DNA from: Monocercomonoides exilis PA203
Lineage: Eukaryota; Protista; Preaxostyla
Direction of reading: 5' to 3'
Assembly (NCBI GenBank): GCA_001643675.2
Contig: LSRY02000037.1
Coordinates: 995,405-1,059,404 of the forward strand
Length of the DNA: 64,000 nucleotides
A program made the position numbers and the translations under genes. Shown here piece by piece: positions 25,101 to 38,620 of the stretch (position 1 is its first letter; the number at the start of each line of letters is the position of its first letter). The notes under the pieces were generated by a model. That model was not told the DNA's origin. It saw nothing but the letters and a program-made list of their open reading frames with translations, and ran no database searches.

Positions 25101-27241
25101 TTTGTTCTTCAAATAGATCTTTCCGGTTTGATCTAAATACATGGACACAAAATCGTAAATTTTTTCTGCTCCATCAACACATGCTGCAACAAAACACAAA
25201 TTATCATTCCGAGTATAATCTGCTGCGAAACTCTTCTTCATTTCTGCTGCTAGGTCTTCGAATAACGAGTCATTTTCCATTATCAAAAATATTCCAGTAT
25301 TTCTTTTCAATTCGCCTTCTCCAACTGTGCATTTGTCAAATATCAGATTCTTTCCATTTTCGGGCCATTTAATCTGACTTGCTGATGTAATAGCTTTCAT
25401 TCGTAGCAATATTCCTCCGGAGCCATAATACCGTTCACTATTGCACAATGAAAAAGTTGTGACACCTCCATCTCCAACAGTAAATGTGCTTTTATCGCCG
25501 TCAGTATCGAAATTCAAAGGCATACCAACGCTGTTTATCTCCGAAAATGTGCTCCCATTTAATCTAACTTCAACATTGGTTTTTAAGTAACCATTGATTT
25601 TGATAACGGATTCTGCATATATATTATCATTTGGATCATCAATTATTTTAATTTTTTTCAAAGTCAAATTAGACAATATCACAGTTTCAGCGTTACTAAT
25701 CATAAACAGTTCGTACGTCGATATTAATGTATTTTCTTCATCTGCGCATTCAACCGAGTCCATTGTCAATGATCCTTGATATGAGTCAACTAATCTAAAA
25801 TCAATCACGTTTTCCCCTACTGGCCGAATAAATTTGCACTTGCTTATAGTCAAGCTTGTTTTTTGTGCACTTATCAAATTTAACCTATCTATTTTTGGAT
25901 CTTTTGCCAATGTTGTTGGAATGTGGAATGCCAAGTATTTGAATTCCACGGGACAATAGCAATTAAATAAAGTTTGATTTGGATTTACGTCACAGTCCAT
26001 TGCCACTTCAGTGTTCCCACTTCCATCACTTTTCCATCCTTCAACAGTAACTTTTTGCTTGCTTCTAAATGTAACTGAGTCCGCAGTTAATGGATCTGTA
26101 TCTTCAACAATTTTCATGTAGCATTCGGTTTCATTGCTCAGAAGAAGGTATGCCAAAAAGAAAGATTGTCTTTCCTGATTAATATCTAATCCGCTGTTGG
26201 AATTGTTCCCGCTTTGCTTGAGGAACACTGTTGTAACTGGTTGTGATGGTTCGTTTTGAGAATAAACCGATATTACGATTTGGAAAAGTATTAATCCCCA
26301 GAACATCTTCAAATAACACTTTTTTCAATTTTTATTTTGATCAATATTAGTATAAAATGAAAATTCAAAAACAAAATAAGATAAAAAGAATTTCAAACAA
26401 AATAAAACAACAAAAGCTTGGAATGATACAAAAATTATTTGTTTCTATGAAACAAATTTTTGATATTTATTTTGTCAGCAAAATTACTGTTATTCTTTCA
26501 GAAAGAATAAATTGATTGTTAATTCCGAAACTTTGTTGTTTGCAAAAATGAACAATCCTTTTTTGCTTCAAATTATTGTCTCTATTGTTTTGCTTGAAAA
26601 AAATATGATTAAATCATTTGAATGATAATGAATTTGACGAATTTGCACATTCCATTATTGTTAACATTTTGTCTTTTATGAACATGTTTTGCAATTGAAG
26701 GAAATTGTTGAAGAAAAGATGCTAAATATGTTAAAAAGATTATTATTTATATTGTAAAGACCGATGAGAATGAAAAGAGGTTTGGTGGAGTTGTCATTGC
26801 TGTTGATAAATATTCATTATTGTTTTTGATTTTGTTCATTGCAAAGATTGTCACAAAAGGAAAAATTGCTCATTTGAGCAGAAAACAAAAGATGCTGCGA
26901 AAACAATGAGATTCACAGTGAATTCATTTTCTTGAAATCAGAAAGAGAAATTGAAGAATCCAAAGACGAAGAAAAAGAATGAGAAATTTGCAGTCAAATG
27001 AAGAGAAAAAGAAGAATAACAGTCTATTTTGTTATTCACTATCTTTCTTCTTTCCAATATTTCTTCTTTCCCCTCTCTCCATAACCTTCATTTTACAGCC
27101 ATTCGCACAAATTTCGTTCTCCACCAGGAAGGATCTGATATTTCAAATTCACAATGAAGTCATTGTGGTTTCTGTAATTTTCAACTTATTCTCCTTTCTC
27201 TCGTCGTGCTTCTTTTGCTTCTGTCACTTCATCTGCTTCTT
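22112..27241. repeat. Inverted duplication B, copy 1 (~5.1 kb)
   Basis: Reverse complement of 50382-55506, including flanks; mirrored ORFs. Confidence 0.95.
23817..26306 (-). CDS. Type I membrane surface protein (~829 aa), two tandem ~370 aa extracellular repeats
   Basis: Signal-like MFWGLILFQIVISVYS; internal repeat (VEGWKSDGSGNTEVAMDC / IEGVNSDGNGNAEVAIDC); Val-rich TM segment followed by KKRK; short tail; intronless. Confidence 0.9.
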   Translation of the reverse strand: MFWGLILFQIVISVYSQNEPSQPVTTVFLKQSGNNSNSGLDINQERQSFFLAYLLLSNETECYMKIVEDTDPLTADSVTFRSKQKVTVEGWKSDGSGNTEVAMDCDVNPNQTLFNCYCPVEFKYLAFHIPTTLAKDPKIDRLNLISAQKTSLTISKCKFIRPVGENVIDFRLVDSYQGSLTMDSVECADEENTLISTYELFMISNAETVILSNLTLKKIKIIDDPNDNIYAESVIKINGYLKTNVEVRLNGSTFSEINSVGMPLNFDTDGDKSTFTVGDGGVTTFSLCNSERYYGSGGILLRMKAITSASQIKWPENGKNLIFDKCTVGEGELKRNTGIFLIMENDSLFEDLAAEMKKSFAADYTRNDNLCFVAACVDGAEKIYDFVSMYLDQTGKIYLKNKGTGDGLTSSSPLSLLKEAFDKLDEVLCSEGYFIEIVKDESQFTAEEMTISNEKGITIEGVNSDGNGNAEVAIDCAVGASSDLFTCEQKVEFKSLAFNFPTYEKKWNSLIHGNEKSASLTISNCKFVRIGAQSPEKMAINADGGDVVVGSLVSVVGGKVAMNTVSCTDSSSTVSFSSSPFSFSSVSSASLNGVEISNVNVQNGAAITIKNEGSTPSEVSIEGLSMNGVNSENGKVAGLEISLTSEESTVAIGRNSKCTFKSCTAPNGKAGAMFIKMPKAASNLQLPSTNNLEIDGSNTANSTARSIFIAAPDFDEFCKQDDAFEFAKDFDESAAGWIMGAKDEESDPEDAYEKHLKSKEEPAPEGKKKPNAGTVVAIVVPIVVVVVVAVVVVVVVLMVVKKRKTKSNKDGEKEGSKDENKEIEMSTQE

Positions 27242-28414
27242 CATCTCAAATTGTTTCTTTCCCTCCACTTCCACATTTATCAGAGGTTTCGTCGTCGTCG
27301 TCATCATCATCATCATCTTCTTCTTCTTCTTCACCTTCTTCACCTTCCTCTTCACCTTCCTCTTCACCTTTCTCTTCCTCTTCCGCTTATCCTCCGATAT
27401 TCATCAACCATGAAACGGGCTTATCTGCCCACCAGTTCGCCTCCATCTCCACAGCATTTTTCTCCATTGATTGCACCATCTGTTTCATCCTGTGAATTAG
27501 TGCTCCCTTTTGCGACTCACAAACTTTCCTTCTCAACGTCCAATTCAAGTCCCTCTCTGGAAGTCTTTTCCCTGTTCTCTTCGCACTCCCCATCCCCATC
27601 TCTCCCGATCAGCCTTCCAAACAATCTGCGATTGTCACCTTTCTCAACATCTGCATCCTCGCCAGCTGGTATATCTCCTTCCACTCGTCATGGATAAGCA
27701 AGCTCTTCTGTCGTCTGCATCCTCGACGGATCACTTGTTGTTCCCCCTTTCTTCTTCTTCTGCTTCCTCTGTTCCAAATCAGCAAGAAAGCTCCTTCAGC
27801 ATGATTCACATTTTCTTCACCTCCATCTCGCTCAATCAGTTCTTCTATAGCATATACGAGTGAAATGGCAGTTTAGCTTGTGTGTCCGCCTTCTTCCCCA
27901 TCATCCAGAGTAGTGCTCCCTTGTCCCTTGGCAGCGCATCAGTTTTCTGTTGAAACTCTTCAGCAACAATTGATTGACACTCAATAAGCAGAGGTGCTCC
28001 TCAGTTGCCTCAAGGCTCCACTAACAATTCCTGGTACAACAACAAAGTGCACATCGCTAATTGCACACAACATGGAATTTAAATAAAAAATGACTCTCTT
28101 TCTCTTTGTCAGAACAGCAAAGCTGAATACGCTCTCCTCGCCAGCCAGTAAAGCGAGCTCTGCTGAAACCTCAGGTTGTTTGTCATCTTGCTATCCTGCA
28201 CTTTTACCACAGCGACTGATAAAGCATCTTCATTTCGATGTTCTCCTCTTGCGATCCCATCAACAGATCAATCATCAACTTCTGCATCAGCTGCACAACA
28301 ACTTTCTTTTGAAGACCCCTGCATTGCAAGAATGTTCGTGGAAGGTGATATTCCAAGTGTGAGAAGTCATATTGCTGGGTACAACACTATAGGCAGTTGA
28401 TTTGGCACTCTGCG

Positions 28415-28622
28415 AGGAAGAAAAAGAAGAGGAAGAAGAGGAAGAAGAGGAAGAAGAGGAAGAGAAAGAAGAAGAAGAAAAAGAGGAGGAGGAGGAGGAG
28501 GAAGAAGAAAAAGAGGAGGAGGAAGAAGAAGAAAAAGAGGAGGAGGAGGAAGAAGAAAAAGAGGAGGAGGAGGAGGAGGAAGAAGAAGAGGAAGAGGAAG
28601 AGGAAGAGGGAGAGGAAGGAGG
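28415..28622. repeat. Purine-rich (GAA/GAG)n low-complexity tract
   Basis: Direct reading. Confidence 0.9.
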
Positions 28623-29301
28623 TTAAAGAATAATGTGATTGGCAAAGCAGAAATTGTTGGGAAAGAGATAGATGAAGAAGGCGAAGGAGAAATTGTAGAA
28701 AAGAATGTTGAATTTCAACAAAAAATTAAAGGCTTCCTTCCACCGGCATTTTCAGTAGAAGAAAAAGATCGTTCAAATTGATTTCTTTTGTAGCAGGTGT
28801 TATTTTGAATGGCTGCTATTTCAGGATTCATCTCAGCAGTAACAGCAGAAATGTGATCAGTGAAGGCAATATTGGAGCGTGAAAAGCATTTTTGTTCAAC
28901 TTTCAATTCAGGCCATCCGAAAGGAGAGGCGTTTCTTTTGAAAAAGGTTTGTTTTCTCCAGTTTCTTCATTCAATTGTTTGGCAAACAAAAATCATACGG
29001 CTTTTGCTGTTCAAGGTGCCTGATAAACCGAAAAGAAAAGTGGAGGCTGTTATTGTTTTTGCTTCATCAACCATGCGTCTTTGCATATTTGGGGTTTGAG
29101 CTGGGATTCACATATATTCATTAATTGTTCATTTCACTCGAAACAATTTGACCACTTCATTCTCCCAATTTGCGAACATTTTTCTTTATTTTCTTTTCGC
29201 GCAAACAGCCATTGCTTTTTGCCTGCTCGATCCTTTTAGCTTTTTAATTCTATTATCATCAACAGTTCTTCCAGCAACTTTGAACAGACATCATTGATCA
29301 G

Positions 29302-29304
<3 letters not shown>

Positions 29305-29344
<40 letters not shown>
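29305..29344. repeat. Poly(A) tract, 40 nt
   Basis: Direct reading. Confidence 0.95.
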
Positions 29345-29345
<1 letters not shown>

Positions 29346-29827
29346 ACTTGAAAAATGTCAATGAACACAAAAGCAAATCGATATATTGCACAAACTTTTC
29401 CATTCCTGGAATCGGAAATTAAAAAATGCAAGAAACTCTTTTCTCCTCAAGAATTGCGCCGAGCAGTTTCTCTCTTCTCACAAGCAAAATACCACTTTAG
29501 CATTGAAATTAAAATCATTGCAGGAATGAGGAGAAGCCTGCTTTTAACGGTGTTTTTAATCAAAAACCGTAATCAAATCCATCAAAATGAAGTTCTGTTG
29601 GTTTGATCAAACAGAAACTAAAGAGCGATATTTCTGTAGAATCCAAACCTAGATCGTAGGACTCGTTGGAAATTCTATTTTATCGCTTATTTTTTTGTGA
29701 AGAAAAAGCATTTGCATCGAAACCGATATCCTTTCATTTTGAAAAATAATCAACAATGTTTGTATTTCAATTTTGCTTTGTTTGTTGAAGTGTTATTATT
29801 TTTTTTTTCGTATGTCCAGAATATATA

Positions 29828-31316
29828 ATGAACAAAGATTGTGCAATTGATCATGTCAAAGAAAAAGAGGAGGAAGAAGATTCTGATGATGAAGAAACTG
29901 ATGATGAAGAATTCATGTCTTATCTCACAGAAATGTTTGTAAGTTTGTGGTTATATTTATTTAATTCAACATTCGATATTTTGAATGTTATTTGTGAATT
30001 TTGAAGGATTGCTAGGTGAATTGAAAGATAGCAACAAAAATGAACAGAAACAGATTATCGAAGAAGTGAATGGGATATTGGATGAAATGGAAAGAAAAGA
30101 ATTGGAATCTGTTTTATCAGATGAACTATCCAACAAAATACATAAAATGATAAAAGAAAAGAAACTTTCGATGGAAAATGCAATTTTGTTGTTGAAGCAC
30201 ATTGGATATTTGAAAACGTTGAAAAGAATAAATATTTATGACTTTGAAAAAATTTCTTTGGGTGAAAGAATTGATAAGATGAATGCTGAAGAGGAAGAGA
30301 AAAAAGAAGAAAAGAATAAAAAACTCTTGGCTGATCTTTGCGAATGCTATCTTTTGCTAACCTACAGGCCTTCATATGAATTTATATCAGCAAGTTGTAT
30401 TCTCTGCATTCTGAAGGTTGCCTCGAGGAAAGATGAAACAGAGGAAGTTCAAAAGGATGTGGAAATTGCCTTGCTGGCTTTGAGATACATTAGCCAATAT
30501 TTTGTACGAACATTTCTGTTTCCTGTTTGATGTTATTATAATTTTTTTTTATGTTTTCAGAAAGTACCTGAAGAACTGTATTTGAATGAAATCAGAGAGA
30601 TCATCAAATATCATCAGAAGCATCACAACCTAACATCACTTGCTTATCAGTCTGCATGGCAGTTTTTGGTGAATAGAATGGTTTACGATAATTCACCTGT
30701 TGAAGTTATCGCAAATGAACTGCATTTTGCAAGAGAAGCAATTTCAGAACTGGAAGAGCTGACGAAATGCATTGATTGGAAGAAAAATGGAGATCAAATG
30801 AAGGAAATGGAAGAAGAAAATCTTTTGGAGAAATGGATCACAACTCTGAATATTTATTTTAGAGGGTGCGAAATACGAAAAAAAGAACATGTTGTTCTTA
30901 TTGAGAGCATTATCCAGATGCTTCGAGCAGCAAAGGATTATTGCAGCGGAATTAGTGAAAAATGCATTGAATTACTTATAACTGTATCTTATAACACTTC
31001 TGTGGAGATCGAGGATTTGTTGAAATGTGGAGCTGTATGTATGGCTTTGGGAGAAATAAACAGACTTGATTTTATGAAAACATCAGTTGAGGATTATTTG
31101 CAATTTTTCGAAAATATTTGTGAAAGGTTGAAGAAGGTGAATAAAAAAGAAAACGAAGAAACAAAACGAAAAGAAACGAAAAGAAAAGTGTTTGACAGGT
31201 TGGAAGAAGAAGGATATGAAGATTGCATCATAGGATTCAGCTGTTGCATTGTAGATGAAGAATATAGAAACATTTTTTTTGTTCAAAGAATTGAAGATTA
31301 TTTTGTTCATTGCTGA
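29828..31316 (+). CDS. Member of an expanded Glu/Lys-rich helical hypothetical protein family (3 exons)
   Basis: Exons 29828-29942, 30007-30503 and 30561-31316 join in frame via GT-AG introns. Family motifs LLADLCECY, DVEIALLAL, YHQKHHNLTSLAYQSAWQFL, LEEEGYED. Confidence 0.85.
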
Positions 31317-32030
31317 TTCACTTTTATTTTTTATTCACTTCATTTATCTTTTGGTGTTTCGTTTTCTCTCTTTTTTTCTTATGAATGAACATGCTGCATC
31401 CGTATTGATGAAGAATTTTCACTCAATTTTTGAATTTATTTTATGTGTGTATTTAATGCAAAATGTGGGGTTTGGCAGCAGATTTCTTGCTTGTTTCATC
31501 TTTTTTCATCTCCTCTGAATGATCTGCGCTAAAAAGATTAAAGCCAATTTGAAAAAGTCTCTTTACTATCTTTTGGTTTTGATGCCAACTTGTTCATTGA
31601 AAAATGGATGGGCAACGGTTGATATTTATTAAAGTTTTTCGCTTCAAACATTTCTCTCCAACAGAAGCAGCTCCTTCTCAGACTCTGCAAAGTTTCAGTT
31701 CTTTGACATTTTGAGAAATCTTAAAGAACAGAGAGCGAAAAAGAAGAGACATCAGGCATGTTTGATGAAAAAGCGAAACAGGCCACGGAAATAATGAATA
31801 AAAATGAAAATTCCTTTTTTGTAAAAAGAATTGTTGTGAAAGAAATGAAACAAGATATTTTATTGAGAAAATAATGGACAGTTATGTTGCAAAATTATTT
31901 GAATAATCGTTGAAGTGTTTTGCAAAGAAAAAAAACTATTCAAAACGAATATTATTAAAATTAAGAAATGATTCAAAAAATAAATCAATAAAAAAACCTT
32001 GTGTTACAAGCAGAAATACATCTCATTTCT

Positions 32031-33450
32031 TCAAACATTTACAAAATATTCAGAAATATCCAATGACAACGAATGATCATAATTTCTTTTTAAAAATTCA
32101 AAAGCTTCATGAAAGCTTGCGATGATATCTTCGTATCCTTCTTCTTCTAGTTTTTCAAGCATCTTCATTTTCGTTGCCTTTCTTTTCGCTTCTTCCATTT
32201 CTTCTTCCTTCTTTTCTTTCAATCTTCTTGAAACATTCGTAAAGAATTGCAAGCATTCATATGTCATTTTTTTATTCAACGTTGGTCGCTGCATCTCCTC
32301 CAAAATAGTCTCAATAGCCCCTCCTTTCAACAAGGAATCAATCTTCACTTCCCTGTTGATCGCTGAATATCTTAATGATTCAATGCATTTTTCGCTTATT
32401 TCTCTGTAATTCTCTTTCGCTGCCCCAAATACATTCACAATACAGCTCATAAGTTCAACTAATTCTTCGTTCCACGATTTGCATGTTAACAAATACCAAG
32501 TCGATGCTCCTATCCATCTCAATAATGCAATCTCTTCTTTCTTTTCTTTTCTTCTTTTGTCTTCATCTTTTTTCTTCCAATCAACACACCTTGTCAGCTC
32601 TTCCAATTCTCTTCTTGCTTCTCTCGCAAGCTGCATCTCATTTGCAACAACATCTTCCAAGCTTCTTTCAAAGCATAATTTGTAAATCAAAAATTCCCAA
32701 ACAGACTGATAGGCAAGCCGCGTCAAATTGTGATGCTCCTGATGATATATGATAATACCTTTGATATCATTCAAATACAGCTCTTTTTTAACAAACCGAT
32801 AAAAACATAAGAAAAAATTTCAATGAAATAAAAAATGTGGTATTAGCATCACACATAATCTGCTCGAATGCAACTCAAAGCCAACAAAGCCATTTCCACA
32901 TCCTTTTGATTCTCCTCGCTTTCCTCTTTGACCGATGCAGCTTTCAGCAGGCATGGCGAACAAACTGAAAGCAATTCGTGTGTGAAGCCGCAGCTTAGAA
33001 AAAGATAGCATTCACAAAGATCGACCAGAAGCTTTTCGTTTCTTTTTTCTTTTTCCTTCTTCTCCTCTTCTTCAGCGATCATCTCCTCAAATCTTTCGTA
33101 AAGCAATGAACGATAAAAGCCATCAACCCATATAAATTTCAAAAATTTCCAATATCCAACATGCTTCAGCAATAAGCATGCATTTTCGATTGATAGTTCC
33201 TTTTCTTCAATCATTTTGTCAATTTTGTTGAATATTTTTACAATGAAAATAGATTTAAATTTTTCTCTTTCCATTTCATTAATCATTTCATTCATTTCAA
33301 TAATTTTCTTTCTCTGTTCATCTTCATCGCAATCTTTCAGTTCTGAAAACAATTCTTTAAAAAAGAAAAAGAAAAAATAACAATCATCAAGAATTGAAAT
33401 GCAAAAATGAATGCAAACTGTTGAACTTTTTTGTGGCGCCAGTTGCCTGT
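32031..33450 (-). pseudogene. Second member of the same family, possibly damaged
   Basis: Same motifs (LLVDLCECY, YHQEHHNLTRLAYQSVWEFL, LEEEGYED) and intron positions. The expected second acceptor reads ttatcgg, and exon 1 meets a TGA upstream. Confidence 0.65.
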
Positions 33451-34572
33451 ATTTTTGAAAATATATCTCATCCAGAAAACAGCAACATTTTTCACATTCA
33501 AATTGATAGTTCGTATATGTTTGGATTGAAGAAGTTAATGATAAACAAATACTCAAAATATTTATAAAATATATTCTTACACACTTTTTTGTATTTTATT
33601 GACATTTTTAACAAAGGATAATGAGTGGAAACAATAAAAAATAATTAATCTTTATTTGTAATGGACTAAATGATCATCAGATTTGAAAAAACGGAATTAT
33701 CCATTCACTGATTGAGAATTCCATGAGTGAACATTATCTGTAGAACTAGGAATATTATTTCCTGTGGAGGCAACAAGAAACGAGGCAATGCAATATTTTT
33801 GGAATTCTGCCCGATGATTTTTGTCAATTGGATGGACAAGGGGAATACAACAATTTCATCAATAACACAAAAAGACATAATGTATGTAATTTATATTGTT
33901 CTATATGTTGTGAAGATATTTCCGTCTGTATCCTCTCCAAAGTGCAGGAATCCGTATTATTGTTGAAATGGTCAATCTCCGCTTTGTGGAGCAATACGAT
34001 GAGAACGGAGCAGATTATCGTATAGCCATTGGGAAATAAATGAAGTTACGCAAGATACATGATTTTCATAATTTTTTATTTGGAACAAGAGATGAAAACA
34101 AATTCGACTGATGTTTTATTGAATGATGATTTATGGATGGAATTCTGTGAAGGACAAAATCTGCCAAAATTATAAAGAATTTAGGAACATGAGGCAATGG
34201 AACAGTTTGGGGTATTTTTTGGCAAGGAAAGCAACTGACAATATCAAGGGAAGGTCATTCATCACACAAAAAAGATAACAATTCAATGGAAAAAAGGAGA
34301 TTTTCAAAATGTCAATTATATTTATAAGGTTTTCCTGTTTCACGGACTGCTCTGAGCAGATATGGAAGGCTGCGAAATTCAATTTCTGATTCCGCTTTTG
34401 CTTCAAAAGAGTGGAAAAGCGCCAAGTACGAGATATCCAATTATCGAGCGTTTTTTAGCAATCGAAGGGCATTCAGGCCAGCCACATCTGGATTTCATTC
34501 TTCGAAGGGACAGCCATTTTGAGCAAAAAAATAAAATATAATCAAATAAAATAGGCGATTATCATTCGAAGT

Positions 34573-37500
34573 TTGTTTTCAACAACTACAACAACAACAA
34601 CAACAGTTTCTTCTCCTTCTTCCTCCTCTTCCTCTTCCTCTTCCTCGTTGCTTCGCTCTTCTAGAAACAGATTTCTGACAAGCGAAGAGCAGCAGATGAG
34701 GAGGATGAGGCAGCAGTTCGGAAGAAGAAGGAAAAGACAAAATTTTGTTCTTTCACGAGATGCGTTTGAGGCGCTGCCGCTGTTTGCAGAGTTTCGGATG
34801 GTGGAGCAGAATACAGAGAATTTGGAGAAGAGGAAGAGAGAAAGAGAGAGAGCGAAGGAAAGAGAGAGAGAAGCAAGGAACGAGAGAAGAGAGGAGAGAA
34901 GGATAAGAGAATTTATTAAGATGAGGAAGGCATTGAAATCCACAAATGATAGAGATAACAATGATGATGAAAATGAAAACGAAATTAATGCAGAAGAAAA
35001 CGAGAATTATTCACTGATTAGAAGAGATTCTCTGAAGAAAACAAAGAAAAAAGAAGAAACTGAATGTATTTCCTACAGCTCCATCGTCAGTGATGAAGAA
35101 GAGCGAAGAGAGAAGAGATACAAACAGAAAGAAAAGCAGAGGTTGATGCGAAGGTATTACCAGGCGCTTGAGCTTCAGCGTGATTCTGTTGCGAATGAAG
35201 TGCTTTTGATGGTCAGACCAAACCTGCTGCTTTCTCCTGCACCGATTGATGAATCGATAAAAAGACCAGGAATGAGTGTGAATGCTGTAAAAATGAAGGA
35301 GATGATAAAGAAGGTGAGAAAGAAGAGAAAGAAGTGAACAATTCTGGAAATGGAAATGGAAACAGGGAAGAAGTTGAAGTCGATGAAGATAGCACGAAAG
35401 ATGAGGAAGAAGAAAAGATGATGATGATTCGAACAACGACGAAAACGAAGAAGTGATTTTGGAGGATTCAATGAATAATCCCAAATCAGTTGTTTCAAAA
35501 GGAAAGAAAATAAAACATTTATCAAAATCCAAAAATAAAAATAACAAAATGAAGAATAAGAAGAAAGCAGAAGTTTGCAACTTGACTGGAATAGACGAAG
35601 ATGAAGAAGACGACATTCGAGAGAAGAAGCTGCGGGAGATTCTGAAAGCATTCCGAAGAAGAGAAGAAGAGTTTGACGACGACGACTGGTGGGGAATAAG
35701 CTCAGGGGATGGCTGGCTGTATGAAGAGGACAATGCAGATGATGAGAGTATTCTGAAGCTGATGGGCTATGAGAATGTGGCGAATGTGGGAAGAATTCAT
35801 TTGGATGACTAATCTAATGATAGCTTCGAAAGCGATGTGAGTGAAAAAAAAGGAACATATGATGATGATGCCAATGAGACTGAAACAAAACAAAGTGTTT
35901 CAAGAAAAATGAAAGGAAACGAAAACAATGAAGCTCAAGAAAGTGTTATAACACTTCAAAAGAAAGGCAATCAAACAGAATCAGAGAAGAATACAGACGC
36001 AAAAGAGTCTGTTCAAAACAACAAAAAAGGCGAAAAGAACAATGATGAGCCAAAACCAGAGCCTCTTTCATTGCTAACTCAGCAAAAACAGCAGCAACAT
36101 CCACAACAACAGAACACAACGACAATTCCATCTCCAACACCATCACCTTCTCCACAGCCTAAACAATATACTTCAGGAAGAGGCGCATTTGGAACGATAC
36201 ACTTTACGCGAGGGAAGCGAATGGACGGTGGATGGAGAGGAGGAGGAGGGAGAGCGTTGATTGAATACAGCCAAGAGATGGAGATGGGGAGAGGGGCTAT
36301 TGGTGCACCTACAACTCCGCTATTACCAGCTGTTGGAGGAGGAGGAATAGGAATTGGAATAGGAGGAGGAATTGGAGGAGGAGGAGGAGGAGGGGTGACA
36401 TTGGGTGTGATGGGGATGAAGGATTTGAACAAAGAAGTGACAAGGGCGATGCAAGATGAGTTTCAGAATGAGAAAGGGAAAGTTGGCGATGAAGAAGCGA
36501 AGATCACGTTTTATTCATTGGAATCAGATGATAAGAAAGAAAAACTGCTTTGTCTGATGAAACTGCAGGAAATACAAAAGAAGAAGGAGAAAGAAGAAGA
36601 ATGGGAGTGCATATAAATGGAGAAAAATGGAAAATGGAGAAAAAGATAGAGGAAAAAGACAAGAATCTGTTTAGCAGCATCCAAGGAATACTACAACCAC
36701 ACCTTGAGACAGGCACACCAACCAACAAGAAGGAGAACAAAATGGCAAGCGAGGCGCAACAAGAAGCGAAAGAAAGCCAAACGCCATTTTTGACAAGAGA
36801 GCGGAAATTGGACTGCATGCTGAATGATTAAGCCAATTCTGACTTAGAAGATTTGGACAATGAACAGGATGTGCCCTGCCGCTATGTGCGTATCAAAAGC
36901 GAGGAAAACGTGCAATTTGTGTGGAAGATGCGTAAAGAACCTGTGTATGCAGCAGTCGACGCGAGGCAGACAAGAACGCTGCTGGATCTGATGAGTGCGC
37001 TGAAGAGTGGGCTGAGGCAGAGCCGGGCGGAGTTGAGAAGAGGAAGAGGGATGAAGTGGAGGGGCTGTTGGCCGTACAAAGAGGAAGCAGAAGTGACACA
37101 CAGAAAAGGAAGGAAAGGAGCAGGGAAAGGATCCCGCTGCTGTTTCAGAAGGAGAAAGGTATAAGAACATTCAGTTAGAACAGCGTGCCTAGAAGAAGAG
37201 ATGCACTATCGAAGCTGTTTTCTTTGCTTTCGTTCTCAAAGTTGGCATCTTTCTTCACTTCGCAGAATTCATTGGCGATGGATCTGATGCAGAAATACCC
37301 TGCCCTCAATTTGGTTGCGCCTTTTGATTCAACTGTGGAATTTGCTGCAAATGCAAACATTGCTCTTCATCCTCTTTCTCATTGCACTTCATCACTTGTC
37401 AATTCTTCATTGTTAATGAACATTCAACTACAATCTTCTCCTTCTCTCAGAACATATTTATCTCCTTCACAGCAATACCACGCTAAACTTTCATCTTCTG

Positions 37501-37598
37501 CTTGTCCTGCAGCTCCTGGCTCTCTTTCTCTACTCTCACTTACTGCTCTATCTTCATCTCCTTCCTTTTCATTCAACTATCATCGAATTCAGTGCTAG
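34573..37598 (+). CDS. Low-complexity, charged hypothetical gene; fragmented or multi-exon
   Basis: Chain of co-oriented ORFs (254, 119, 259, 93, 103, 137 aa) with protein-like composition; no domain recognised. Confidence 0.4.
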
Positions 37599-38289
37599 AC
37601 ATCATCTATCGTTGCTATTTGGAAGCAAAAAATGAATGCTTTTTCAATCACAGAATATCATCTTAAGTTTATGAAAATTGAAGAGATATTATGATGGACA
37701 AAGAAAAGCTGAGTAAATGGAACTCAACAAGAAAATCGAATCTGACTTTTTTTCATTTGGAAGATGAAAGAATATCATGAAGCTGAATGAACAAGGTGTA
37801 AAAAGATTTTTTTGAGCAAACAGTTGCAGGGATAGTTTTGGAGAGATTTCACAATGCTATTTGCATTCAATATGTCGCGGAAAATGAAACAATTTGATAA
37901 AGCAATTTTGAAGAAAAGGCATATTTGAAGGAAAATTTCAAAGAGGTTGTTATGCTAATAGGTCACAAGCAAGTTGAAATCGGAAAGGTGAAGAAAATTT
38001 AATCTGAAGAAAATTGCCTGATACATATGAATATATTCCTTTTTAGATAGGACGAAATTGAATCTTTTTTCATGAACCGAATTTTCATTTGATGAAGAAG
38101 AGAAAATAGATGAAGAAATTTCAAAGAAATATTTTTTTTTTGAGCTGGCGTTAAGGATTTTGAAAAAATTAGTGATGATATATTCCTCAAATGAAAAGCA
38201 ATGAAAGCTTATGAATTTTTCTATGATATGGAAAATGGCGAAAATGAGAAAATGAAGGAAAGGAAAGAACGTAAGAAAAAGTTCATTAT

Positions 38290-38620
38290 TTCCTATTGTT
38301 TTTGTGTCAGCAGCTCTGAAAGTGAGTGTTTGAGTTGGAACAAATATTGAGGTGAGGAGGGTGAGAGAGGCGTCTTGGAGGAGGGAAATGAAGCCAGTGA
38401 GGGCATACTCGATGGTGGCGCATGGGGTTTGTTGGGGTCTGCCACAGGCATCAGAATTGGTTCCATTGCTGGCAACGATTTTGTTCTGGGCTATAAGAGA
38501 AAGACAGCTGTTAAACTTGACTTTATCCAATGTTCCACTACTTCTGTTTACGGTCAATGAATCCGATGAATTGAATAAAATGAACGGAGAATTGTTGGTT
38601 ATTCAAAGGTGAGAAAAATA
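38290..38620 (-). pseudogene. Surface protein family fragment
   Basis: KIVASNGTNSDACGRPQQTPCATIEYAL..DASLTLL matches KIVSNNGTNTDLSGITQLNPCETMEYAL..DASLTLL at ~41340-41460. Confidence 0.6.

Noticed and set aside
28100-29200. Minus-strand ASTFLFGLSGT resembling YR box I
   Set aside because: Single weak block with no Arg and no convincing collinear support.
29305-29344. Poly(A) as a retrotransposon or retrogene tail
   Set aside because: No TSD or RT-like sequence seen upstream.
33727-34450. Kinase-like fragments (IFLEFCP, WMEFCEGQNL)
   Set aside because: No HRD/DFG/APE motifs recoverable; too degenerate to call.
36853-37164. ALKSGLRQS as a YR TGxR box
   Set aside because: No other YR motifs in order around it.
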